Shown here: in pieces, positions 10,344-18,999 of the stretch | How positions within the stretch are numbered: position 1 is the first letter of the stretch | Layout: each line of letters starts with the position of its first letter | Translations under genes and position numbers: made by a program | The notes under the pieces: generated by a model | The model's input: the letters and a program-made list of their open reading frames with translations, nothing else | Told to the model about the DNA's origin: nothing | The model's database searches: none | Assembly: GCA_963804995.1 (NCBI GenBank) | Contig: CAWDSK010000002.1 | Location: 288,001 to 352,000 of the forward strand | DNA length: 64,000 bases | Origin: an uncultured Acidobacteriota bacterium | Lineage (GTDB): Bacteria > Acidobacteriota > Terriglobia > UBA7540 | Reading direction: 5' to 3'

Positions 10344-11426
10344 TCATCCCTGTTTCCCCCCGCGAGCTGCGCCTGGATTCATCAGGCCCTGGGTCCGGTA
10401 GATGAAGGCCAAGATTTCCGCGACTGCGGTGTACAATTTCGCCGGAATCGTCTGGCCGACTTGGGTGGCTCGATAGAGGGCCTGTGCCAGAGGCGGATTC
10501 TCCACCAAGGGAATTCCGCGCCAGCGTGCCTCCCGCTTGATCGCCTGAGCGAGTAGGTTTCGCCCCTTGGCCACGACCACGGGCGCTCCCATGCTTTCGG
10601 GCTTGTACTCGAGAGCTACGGCGTATTCGCTCGGGTTCGTCACTACCACAGTGGCGCGTGCCACATCCCGCAGCATTCGACGGCGCCGCATCTCCCGCTG
10701 CAGTCGCCGAATGCGCCCGCGGATAGCCGGATGACCTTCGGTCTCCTTGAAGTCTTCGCGAACTTCATCGCGGGTCATGCGGTGTTGACGCTCGTAGTTC
10801 ATGCGCGCTAGAAGGAGATCGAACCCCGCCCAGAGGGTAAAGACCAGCCCTCCCTTCCAGGCGATTTCGAATATGCGCGTCAGCATCCAGCCCAGCGAGG
10901 ATCTGACCCCCACGCGGGACATGACTAGGATCTGGTTCCAGTCCCGGGTCATGATTGAAACGGCGAGATAGAGGACCAAACAGGTGGGCACCAGCGACTT
11001 CAGAAGGCCTTGCAGCGCACCCACCGAAAAGAGCTTCCCTAAGTTCTGGACTGGGTTCATCCTCTCCGGCTTGGGGGCTAATGCACCCGGCGCCATAACA
11101 AAGCCGCCCAAGGCGAAACTGCCGGCCAAGGCCACTAACCAGCTCAGGAACATGACCGGCGCCGCCCAAACAAAAGTTCTCCAGGCGACCCAATTGAGCA
11201 ACGACGTGCTAACCGTCATATCACTTTGCGTGGCCGTGTTGAGTATTCGCTCAAAGAGTACGCGCCATTCGCCTTTCCAATTCTGGGGATACCACCACAA
11301 GAACAACACCAGAGTCATCAGGGCGAGTGCCGCGGGCAGTTCGCGGCTGCGCGGGACATCTCCCTCCTGCCGGGCCTTCCAGCGCCGTCGGGGGGTTGCT
11401 TGTTCAGTACGGTTTCCCTCTGCCAA
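10344..11426 (-). CDS. flhB: Flagellar export protein FlhB
   Basis: RTEQATPRR, KETEGHP, VVTNPSEYAVAL autocleavage region. Confidence 0.95.
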   Translation of the reverse strand: MAEGNRTEQATPRRRWKARQEGDVPRSRELPAALALMTLVLFLWWYPQNWKGEWRVLFERILNTATQSDMTVSTSLLNWVAWRTFVWAAPVMFLSWLVALAGSFALGGFVMAPGALAPKPERMNPVQNLGKLFSVGALQGLLKSLVPTCLVLYLAVSIMTRDWNQILVMSRVGVRSSLGWMLTRIFEIAWKGGLVFTLWAGFDLLLARMNYERQHRMTRDEVREDFKETEGHPAIRGRIRRLQREMRRRRMLRDVARATVVVTNPSEYAVALEYKPESMGAPVVVAKGRNLLAQAIKREARWRGIPLVENPPLAQALYRATQVGQTIPAKLYTAVAEILAFIYRTQGLMNPGAARGGKQG

Positions 11427-11438
11427 TGGTCCCGCTCC

Positions 11439-12206
11439 CTATCGTGCCAAATGCATGAGTCGCTCGCTCGTCCCCAGTGCCTCCCAGAAATACTTCTGCA
11501 TGATCCCCGGCCAGAAGCGCAGCGCTCCCACCATAACCAGAAACGCCACTACGCTCTTGAGGGAGATACCCACATACATCACCGGGAGCTGCGGCGAGGC
11601 CTTCCCCAGCAAACCTAGCGTCAGATCCACGAGCATCGTCGCCGACAGCGCCGGGATGGCAATTTGTATAGCGACAATCAGCATCCCCCCCGCCGCGCGC
11701 CAGAGTTCCGCGGTGACGGCCGGCGTCGCCACAATGGTTCCCGGTGGACAATACGTGAAGCTCTTGGCAAGACCTCGCAGCATCCAATGGTGAACGTCAA
11801 GCTGCATGAAGATCAGTATGGCCACCGCCTGGTAAAAGTTGGAAAGGACAGATGTCTCGACATCGGTCTGCGGATTAATCACGTTCGCAAGCGAGTGCCC
11901 GACTTGAAAACCCATAATCTGCCCTGCCAATTGCACCCCCTCAAAGACAAATTGCAGCGTGAGTCCCATGATCAAACCGATGACAAACTCCCCACACACA
12001 ATCTGCCAGGCGTTAGTGCCATTCAGGGGAATCAAGTCTGGAGCGACCACCGGGTAGAGCAGAGCAGTCAGCGCCACGGCGATACCTGCCTTGATGCGCG
12101 GTGCAATGGTCGCGCTCCCCAGGAAGGGAGCGAAGATCATGAGCGCACTCACGCGTGCTCCGACCACAACGACCCGGCCCACGATAGCTTCGAGCCCCAA
12201 TTCCAT
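11439..12206 (-). CDS. fliR: Flagellar export protein FliR
   Basis: Hydrophobic; GQIMGFQVG, LGKASPQLPV; fliPQR order. Confidence 0.92.
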   Translation of the reverse strand: MELGLEAIVGRVVVVGARVSALMIFAPFLGSATIAPRIKAGIAVALTALLYPVVAPDLIPLNGTNAWQIVCGEFVIGLIMGLTLQFVFEGVQLAGQIMGFQVGHSLANVINPQTDVETSVLSNFYQAVAILIFMQLDVHHWMLRGLAKSFTYCPPGTIVATPAVTAELWRAAGGMLIVAIQIAIPALSATMLVDLTLGLLGKASPQLPVMYVGISLKSVVAFLVMVGALRFWPGIMQKYFWEALGTSERLMHLAR

Positions 12207-12223
12207 TTGTCACTCCCCGCGTC

Positions 12224-12493
12224 TCACCCGAGCCAGCGGTGGAAATCAGTGAAGAGGTCCAGGGTAAAGCTCACCAGCCTTCGCAACATCCACGGCAAAA
12301 GTATGAAAATGGAGGTGGCCACCACCGCCAACCTCGGTACGGTTGCCACGGTATGTTCCTGGATCGAAGTCATCACTTGCCCAATACTGATCAGCAGGCT
12401 CACCACGGTGGCGATCAAGAGGACGGGCGCCACCAACCATAGAGTTGTCAGGAGGGTTTCACGAGCAAGTTGCACGGCCAAATCTGCAGACAT
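12224..12493 (-). CDS. fliQ: Flagellar export protein FliQ
   Basis: QVMTSIQEHTVATVPRL motif, 89 aa. Confidence 0.92.
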   Translation of the reverse strand: MSADLAVQLARETLLTTLWLVAPVLLIATVVSLLISIGQVMTSIQEHTVATVPRLAVVATSIFILLPWMLRRLVSFTLDLFTDFHRWLG

Positions 12494-12502
12494 TTACCGA
12501 CC

Positions 12503-13264
12503 TCAATAGAAGCTTTTCATTAACGAACCAACCACCAAGTTCCAGCCATCGACCATAACGAAAAGGAGAATCTTCAAGGGGGTGGAAATCACCACGGGTG
12601 GTAATTGCAACATTCCTACAGACGTGGTCACCGAGGCGACGACCAGGTCAATCACCAAGAAGGGAAAGAACAGGATCGTCCCGATTTGAAACCCCGCCTT
12701 CAATTCCGAGAGGATGTAAGCCGGGATGACCACCCGCATGGAAAGATCCTCCGGGCGGCGCGGGCGAGGTTCCTTCGCCAATTCCACAAACAATGCCAGG
12801 TCCTTCTGCCGGGCATACCGCAGCATGAACCGCCGCAAGGGCCCCGCGCCCCGCTCCAAGGCTTCCATCGCCGTGACCTGATTGCTTTGCAGGGGAACGA
12901 TGGCAGTTTGGTAAATCTCCACTCCCACGGGTTGCATCACGAAGTAAGTCAAAAAAAGCGCCAAACCGATAAGAGTTTGATTGGTCGGGGTGTTTTGAGT
13001 CCCGAGTGCCTGCCGGAGAAAATGAAAGACCACTAGCAGCCTCACGAAGGGTGTCATCGCGAGAAGCAGGGCGGGCAAAAGGGTCAGCACCGTCAACAGA
13101 ACGATGATGGTCCAGGGCAGCGACGTCCCGTTGGGGGTCAACCCGGGAATCGTTAAACCGCTGGGTGAGGGTGGTGGTGCTCCCCAGGCCGAGGCGGAGA
13201 AGGCCCCTGCCGCTACACAGGTTGCAGAACACCCCAGGAGACGAATAAGTAATATGCGTTTCAT
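12503..13264 (-). CDS. fliP: Flagellar export protein FliP
   Basis: LRQALGTQNTP, PAYILSELKAGFQIG, PLKILLFVMVDGW. Confidence 0.95.
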   Translation of the reverse strand: MKRILLIRLLGCSATCVAAGAFSASAWGAPPPSPSGLTIPGLTPNGTSLPWTIIVLLTVLTLLPALLLAMTPFVRLLVVFHFLRQALGTQNTPTNQTLIGLALFLTYFVMQPVGVEIYQTAIVPLQSNQVTAMEALERGAGPLRRFMLRYARQKDLALFVELAKEPRPRRPEDLSMRVVIPAYILSELKAGFQIGTILFFPFLVIDLVVASVTTSVGMLQLPPVVISTPLKILLFVMVDGWNLVVGSLMKSFY

Positions 13265-13282
13265 GCCAGAACTCGCCTGACC

Positions 13283-13576
13283 TCAGACCATGCGGGTATC
13301 AGCCGACAGGTGCGGCTCGGTGATAACCTTCCCCTCCTGCACCCGGGCCAAGAGGGTGAGAGAACTTCCGCTCCCAGCCACCAAGAATTCCTGGCGGTCG
13401 AATTCTATGACCGCCAAAAACCGCCGGTCGCCGAGCGACAAAGACTCTCGTACACGTAGCCGCCGACTTTGGCGGGATTTCAGGGCGCGGTGAACCCAAT
13501 GCCAGAGCCCTCGAAAGGCCACCATCCAGCTTGCTTCTGCTCTATCCTTGCCTGGATTCGTGAGAATACCTTCCAT
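13283..13576 (-). CDS. fliO: FliO-like protein
   Basis: LRVRESLSLGDRRFLAVIEFDRQEFLVAG; position just upstream of fliP. Confidence 0.75.
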   Translation of the reverse strand: MEGILTNPGKDRAEASWMVAFRGLWHWVHRALKSRQSRRLRVRESLSLGDRRFLAVIEFDRQEFLVAGSGSSLTLLARVQEGKVITEPHLSADTRMV

Positions 13577-13618
13577 CGTCTACTGCTCCTTCCTCCGGGG
13601 CGAACCAGGAGTGGGGGG

Positions 13619-13897
13619 TCAAACCATCTCGGTAAGACGGACCACCAGCCAATCCTCGATCACATCAAATTCCGCCCACCCCACCATGACGCCGTTCACG
13701 TTCACGGGGACATGTGCACCTTCGTGCCGTCGCGTATCCACAATGGAGTTAACCTCCAGCGAGAGAAGAGCCCGGATTGTGAAGCTCGGAACCTCCAGCG
13801 CCACGCTAAGGCAGCAAGACAGATCCAGCACCTCCGTCCAGAGCTCCCGGAGGGGGGGAACTGACTCAACCACGCGGGTTTGATCTTCGTTTCCCAT
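13619..13897 (-). CDS. Short SpoA-domain (FliM/FliN C-terminal) protein
   Basis: LSVALEVPSFTIRALLSLEVNSIV...VNVNGVMVGWAEFDVIEDWLVVRLTE. Confidence 0.75.
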   Translation of the reverse strand: MGNEDQTRVVESVPPLRELWTEVLDLSCCLSVALEVPSFTIRALLSLEVNSIVDTRRHEGAHVPVNVNGVMVGWAEFDVIEDWLVVRLTEMV

Positions 13898-13900
13898 CGC

Positions 13901-14389
13901 TCAACGTTGTACGAGGAAATCCGTGAAATAAACTTCCTTCACACCTAATTCCGGCGCCCGCTCACGAAGCGCGCGTACTAATTCCTGTTTGAGCTTTTGC
14001 TTGCCGTCGGGTGCCAACAGAGCATCCGAACGCCAGGTCGACAACACGCCCAGAATCGTGTCGCGGAGGCGGGCCGTTGAGATCCCCGGATCTTCCCCCT
14101 TCCCCTCCTTGGCAGAGAGTGGGTTTTCAAGGCCCAGGTCAATCCCAACACGCAGAAACCGACTCTCTTCAGGGTCCGCCAGGTTCACTACGAAGGTCTC
14201 CAAATGCATGACCGCCTTTATCTCCGTAGTCCCTTGGCCTTTGTTGCCAGCAGCGTTGGCTTGTTTCGACGCGTGCTTGCACCCCCAACAGGCGGTTCCG
14301 GCAAACACTAGCAGCCCTACCACCACGCACGCGGCGCGCAGCGATGACTTCTCGCTTTGTATTTCTTGCACTTGAGCGACGCTGGCCAT
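13901..14389 (-). CDS. fliL: Flagellar basal body-associated protein FliL
   Basis: LETFVVNLAD, VKEVYFTDFLVQ. Confidence 0.9.
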   Translation of the reverse strand: MASVAQVQEIQSEKSSLRAACVVVGLLVFAGTACWGCKHASKQANAAGNKGQGTTEIKAVMHLETFVVNLADPEESRFLRVGIDLGLENPLSAKEGKGEDPGISTARLRDTILGVLSTWRSDALLAPDGKQKLKQELVRALRERAPELGVKEVYFTDFLVQR

Positions 14390-14407
14390 ATGCGCACATC
14401 CAGAAAA

Positions 14408-14424
14408 AGCAAGTCGCTGTCCAA
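14408..14424 (-). promoter_or_regulatory. Possible sigma-54 (-24/-12) promoter for the fliL operon
   Basis: Minus strand TTGGACA-GCGAC-TTGC, with GG/GC correctly spaced and two mismatches to TGGCAC. Confidence 0.35.
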
Positions 14425-15269
14425 AGGTAGGAAAAACCTGCCTGCCCTCGCAGGTTGTAAGTGCGGGGGAGAACCCTTTATGTTTGCTGTGGTTCCAGGC
14501 GGGCTATGATTGCCTTTGAGTAACCGGAGTTCCCCATGTAAGAGCTCAGAAGGTTCCAAATTGGGAAACGCTCATTAAGGAGTTCTCAGTTGGCACGCCC
14601 CCTGATCTTTCAAATGAAGGGACGGAGGGTTGTCCCAAAAACCCTAGCGGAAAACTGCCAAGCATCAGCCAAGAGGCTTAGCGCGGCGGAGCCGTAAAAA
14701 TCAGGGGGTGAAAATCGGCTGAAGATGGGAAATCTGGTGGGACCTCGCTCGCTATGCCCCGCGGAGAGCGACAAGTGGGACAGTCCCACTTGCTTACAAA
14801 ACGTCGCGGGCCTGCAAAATTGGAGCAGGCGAGCAGGCGATGCCGGGCCCGACCTCCTCACCCGGCGCCCGGCCGCACGTCCAGATTCCTCGCCTCCGGC
14901 TCTCACGCCAACTCACCCAAGTCCCACCTCAGAGTCTCGATGCATCTGCCGCACTGTGCAGCCGCGACCCAAGGATCGAACCATTCTTATTGTAGTAATA
15001 CCACAAATGGCACAACATTCTTGCTAAAGTAACAACGGTATTGCACTGCAGAGGAGGACACTTCCTTCAAAAACGTGACAGGGAGGGAGGGGAAATCTGC
15101 GTGGGCGGCTGGCGAGTTGCCTTCAGCGAACGCATCGGTGAGAGTCTGGGGCTTGGGCGCCATGCCCCCCACCAAAGAATATAGTCAAGCCACGTCTTCC
15201 TCCATCGCTTTGCTGGCTCGCCTTGTGGTAAGGTGCGCCCTATGAACCGACACGAATAGGAGGAATCAT

Positions 15270-16274
15270 ATGAGACGACGAGAGTTCATGGCTACCACCA
15301 CCGTGGGAGGCGTTCTGGCCGGCACCAGCGCTCGCGCCGCTGCCCCGCAACTGGCGAGCAGCCACTCCCTAGCGGAACTCACTCGCCGGGAGGAGATTGT
15401 GATCGAGCCTGCAGCTCCCGGCAAGCCCCATGCCGGCAAAGTATTGGCGGTAATCCAACCTCACGCTGACGATATTCCACACTTCGCCGCGGGCACCGTG
15501 GCAAAGCTCATTGACGAAGGCTATACCGGCTATCTCATCCGAACCTCCAACGATGACATGGCCGGGGTAGGCACTCCCGCTGAGACCATGTTGAACAACG
15601 AAAGGGACGATGACCGGGTGGCCAAGGTTCTGGGCCTTCGCAAAGTCTTCGATTTCGGTTACCGGAATCATCGCATGGACGGAATTTCGCGCGAGGAGAT
15701 GCGCTGCCGGTTGATCTTCCTTTTTCGCCTCCTGAAAGTTGACACGATCATCTGCTACGACCCCTGGGGTCTCTACGAAGAGAATCCCGACCATTACGTC
15801 ACCGCCCAGGTGGTGGAATCAGCCTGCTGGATGGCAGGTGGGGATAAGGATTATCCGGAACATTTTGAAGCTGGATTGCAACCGCGCATGGTGGGTGAGA
15901 AATACTACTTTGCGCGGGGCCCGCAGCTTGCCAACCGCATTGTCGATATCTCGCCCTACATCGACAAGAAAGTGGAGGCTAACCTCGCGAATGTGACGCA
16001 AGGCCCGGCCGGGCAAAACGGGTCACGCCTGCGAGCTCGACTGGCCGCCCAGGGGCACCGTCTTCCCGTCCTGGGTTCGAGCGATGACAGCGCCAATCGC
16101 CTCTACATCAAGCACATTGTTTTGGACTATGACTCGCTCAGCCTGCGCGGAGTTCCGTCCGACCGGGAAATGGGCCGTGCCTATGGGCTGGAATGGGCAG
16201 AGGCATTTCACTACATCGGTCCCCCTCAGTCTAAGCTCGACCGATACATCTCCGAAAACGCCGTGGCGCTCTAG
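15270..16274 (+). CDS. PIG-L/LmbE family deacetylase with Tat signal
   Basis: MRRREF Tat motif; QPHADD and NPDH metal-binding motifs. Confidence 0.85.
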   Translation: MRRREFMATTTVGGVLAGTSARAAAPQLASSHSLAELTRREEIVIEPAAPGKPHAGKVLAVIQPHADDIPHFAAGTVAKLIDEGYTGYLIRTSNDDMAGVGTPAETMLNNERDDDRVAKVLGLRKVFDFGYRNHRMDGISREEMRCRLIFLFRLLKVDTIICYDPWGLYEENPDHYVTAQVVESACWMAGGDKDYPEHFEAGLQPRMVGEKYYFARGPQLANRIVDISPYIDKKVEANLANVTQGPAGQNGSRLRARLAAQGHRLPVLGSSDDSANRLYIKHIVLDYDSLSLRGVPSDREMGRAYGLEWAEAFHYIGPPQSKLDRYISENAVAL

Positions 16275-16355
16275 GTGAGCGGTGGGTCGGATCGAAATAA
16301 GCTCCCCGATCTCGCGCCGACCGGTGGGGAGCCGGGCGCCTTGCTCGCACCCACC

Positions 16356-16404
16356 GGGCCGGAGGTTTCCTTCCGGCCCCTGGAGTCAATACATTCTTTG
16401 GCTC
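16356..16404 (+). repeat. About 50-bp hairpin element, with an inverted copy at 18922-18969
   Basis: gggccggaggtttccttccggcccctggagtcaatacatt versus the reverse complement gggccggaaggaagcttccggcccctggagtttgtacatt. Confidence 0.65.
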
Positions 16405-16516
16405 ATTTTCTCACCTGAATCGACCGATTACCGATTTGGGGAAGTGTGTCACGGCGGGGGCGGGCAAGCGGAGGATTCTGGTCATCGGGAGATCGGGTGA
16501 CTTGCGATTTCCGAAG

Positions 16517-16742
16517 GGTCGCAGAGTCTCAAAGAGCGTGAGATGCGCTACCCCGAATGGTCACGTAGGTATGAATTTGCCTGGACGGATAGAAGCGGGA
16601 AAGATGGGGTAGCGCAGAGTGTGGCCCTTTCACACTCTGCGGCTCTTAATTTGATAAACATGCAATGCAACGGTATGTCCGCGAGCAGGGCGCATCTGAA
16701 GACGAGCCGCAGAGTCTCAAAGAGCGCGAGACTCTGCGCTAC
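16517..16742. repeat. Three GTAG-type REP palindromes (alternating orientation) upstream of the RAYT
   Basis: GTAG-CGCAGAGT(G/C)T...A(C/G)ACTCTGCG-GCTC at about 16517-16551(-), 16609-16645(+), 16704-16742(-). Confidence 0.88.
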
Positions 16743-16787
16743 CACTCTCTGCAGCTTTTCCTCGGATGACGAACTATAATCGGCCTC

Positions 16788-17309
16788 ATGTCGCGTCTCC
16801 GCCGCCTCGTGTTGTCCGACCGGTATTTCTTTATCACCTGCCGCGTCCTGCCGCACCGGAAGGCGCTGGAGGAATCCGAGTTTGAGTGCTTGGCCAAGGT
16901 GGTGGCCGAGCGACGGGAGAAGCACGGGTTTCTGCTGACGGCCTGGGTTCTGCTTCCGGACCATTGGCATGCCATCTTCTATCCGCGCTCTCCACTCACC
17001 ATCTCGCGGGTTATGGAGTCCATCAAGGTGGGCGCCACCTCGAAAATCAACAGCGCCCGAAGGGAAAGGGGCCTCCTGTGGCAGCCGCGTTTCTTCGACC
17101 GCGCCATCCGTACCGTGAAGGAATATTACGAGAAAGTGGAGTACATTCACCAGAACCCGGTGAAGTCGGGCTTGGTGAGCCGGGCGGAGGACTGGGCGTG
17201 GTCAAGCGTGCGCGAATACTCGGGGACGGTCCATGCGCCCCTGAGCCCGCACCCTATTCTGACGATCAACCGCGTCACGCTACCGGCGGAGCTGCGAACC
17301 CGGATTTGA
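16788..17309 (+). mobile_element. REP-associated tyrosine transposase (RAYT, HUH Y1 family)
   Basis: FFITC, LPDHWH (HUH), LWQPRFFDRAIR, YIHQNPVKSGLV, DWAWSS; flanked by REPs. Confidence 0.92.
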
Positions 17310-17313
17310 GGAA

Positions 17314-17603
17314 GGGCCGCAGAGTCTCGAAGAGCGTGAGACTCTGCGCTACCCCCGTGTGTTGGCATAGGAGAGAATTCGCTTAGACAGATGCAAGCGG
17401 GTCAGATGGGGTAGCGCAGAGTGTATGCCTTTCACACTCTGCGGCTCTTAATATGATAAACATGCACTGTATTATTAACACATGTCTTAACCACCTAACG
17501 TGGTGATCCAGTTTCCCTGGGGGACACAAGCGGTGAACGGAAGCCGCGCCCAACAAACGAAGAGCCGCAGAGTCTCGGAAAGCACGAGACTCTGATGCGC
17601 TAC
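17314..17603. repeat. Three GTAG-type REP palindromes downstream of the RAYT
   Basis: Copies at about 17314-17352(-), 17411-17447(+), 17562-17603(-). Confidence 0.88.
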
Positions 17604-17654
17604 CCGCTCATTTCAAGACACGCAGATGTGCGGAGGGGGGCTGTACTAGCGGCC

Positions 17655-18437
17655 ATGGACATGGAACGTTTTGAACACGCGATTGCTTTGCGCAATGCCG
17701 GTCGTGTTGAGGAGGCGCTGAGGGAGCTTGCCATGCTCACGGAATTGACCCCCGAATCCGAAGGGAAGGCCACCCTGCTGGTTAACCAATCGACGTGCTT
17801 GATAAGCCTGGGCCGGATACAGGAAGCGAGGCGGCAGCTCTCCTCGGCTCGCCACATAGCTCCGAAGACGCAGATACAACTCTACCTGGAATTTGAGGAC
17901 GCTGGCTTATGCTCCCATGAGGGCAAATGGGACAAAGCTCTGGCAATTCTCGACAGCCTGCAACAGAAGCATGGTGACCTGCTGCTCATGACAGAGCACC
18001 GGGAACTCTATGAACAGGTCCAGGTTATCCGTGGCGGGGCGCTGGTGGCGCTTGCCCGTTTTCGGGAGGCGCGCACTATCTTGGAAGAGTGCTTACGATT
18101 TCATCTCGGCGCGGACGACGACCGACACGTACTTGCTAACCTTGGTGCCTGCTATAAGAACTTGGGTGAAAAGGCCCTCGGCAAGCAGGCACTCCTGGAG
18201 GCGCTCCAGAAGGGTGTACAGGGTTCCGATGCAGTCTCCGCACACTACTATTTGGGGACGATCTACTCTGCCGAGAAAGCACATGCTAAGGCCTTGATGG
18301 AGTTTGAGTGGTGCCTGGCTCACGTGGAGGGAGGCCAGATTCCCAAGCGGCACATATGCGAGTGGCTCGCCAGCACAGCCCGAACTCTAGGGATGAGGGA
18401 GGATGCAGAACATTACGAAAAGCTCACCAAAGAGTAG
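17655..18437 (+). CDS. Tetratricopeptide repeat protein
   Basis: Helical repeats (VLANLGACYKNLG, AHYYLGTIYSAEK); probable start MDMERF at 17655 because the longer ORF starts inside a REP. Confidence 0.75.
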   Translation: MDMERFEHAIALRNAGRVEEALRELAMLTELTPESEGKATLLVNQSTCLISLGRIQEARRQLSSARHIAPKTQIQLYLEFEDAGLCSHEGKWDKALAILDSLQQKHGDLLLMTEHRELYEQVQVIRGGALVALARFREARTILEECLRFHLGADDDRHVLANLGACYKNLGEKALGKQALLEALQKGVQGSDAVSAHYYLGTIYSAEKAHAKALMEFEWCLAHVEGGQIPKRHICEWLASTARTLGMREDAEHYEKLTKE

Positions 18438-18513
18438 GCAGGCTGGCGCAGAACGAGCACAGTTCTGCGATTCAGTGCAAATCAAGTCAGTCGGTCCGGG
18501 GAGGGCAACAACC

Positions 18514-18785
18514 ATGCCGACGAATCGCGAAGAAATTATTGCGGACATCCAGGGACACATTCAGAAATTCGGTGGCGGGTTGAGCGAATGGTGTGTGGGC
18601 ACGGCCAAAGACCCTCGTGGCCCGTTTTCCAAGGGCAGTGGCTAGTTGCTAGTGGTTAGTGGCTAGAAGAGCAGTCCCAAGCCATTCGCGACCACTTCGT
18701 AAAGTCGCCGCGGCGACCGGCCTCGAACTCGACCTCGAAGACGCCCCCGAGCCCGGCAAAATCGTCTTCGTCTACTCAAGAATAG
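18514..18785 (+). pseudogene. Small hypothetical gene broken by a heptamer-repeat tract
   Basis: MPTNREEIIADIQGHIQKFGGGLSEWCVGTAKDP stops inside the tagtggc/tagttgc repeats; protein-like remnants (QAIRDHF, GLELDLEDAPEPGKIVFVY) resume downstream in other frames. Confidence 0.55.
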
Positions 18786-18880
18786 GGAATGGGGAATAGG
18801 GAATAGGGAACAGGTGACAGGGAACGGAAGTACAGGGAATAGGGAACAGGTTACAGGGAACAGGTGATAGGGAACAGGGA
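18781..18880. repeat. Heptamer tandem repeat tract (GGGAATA/GGGAACA/GGTGACA)
   Basis: About 14 imperfect 7-mer units read directly from the sequence. Confidence 0.85.
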
Positions 18881-18999
18881 CGAGAAAGAGTGCTGAATTT
18901 GCTTGACCAAAGCCCGGGTCCGAGTCAGAAATGTACAAACTCCAGGGGCCGGAAGCTTCCTTCCGGCCCTCCGCATTTCCCGCAGCATCTTACGCAAGC

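Noticed and set aside
14590..15025. TGGCAC sigma-54-like sites at about 14591 and 15008
   Set aside because: The first lacks the -12 GC and the second has wrong spacing
16517..17603. REP cluster as a CRISPR array
   Set aside because: Repeats alternate in orientation and flank a RAYT
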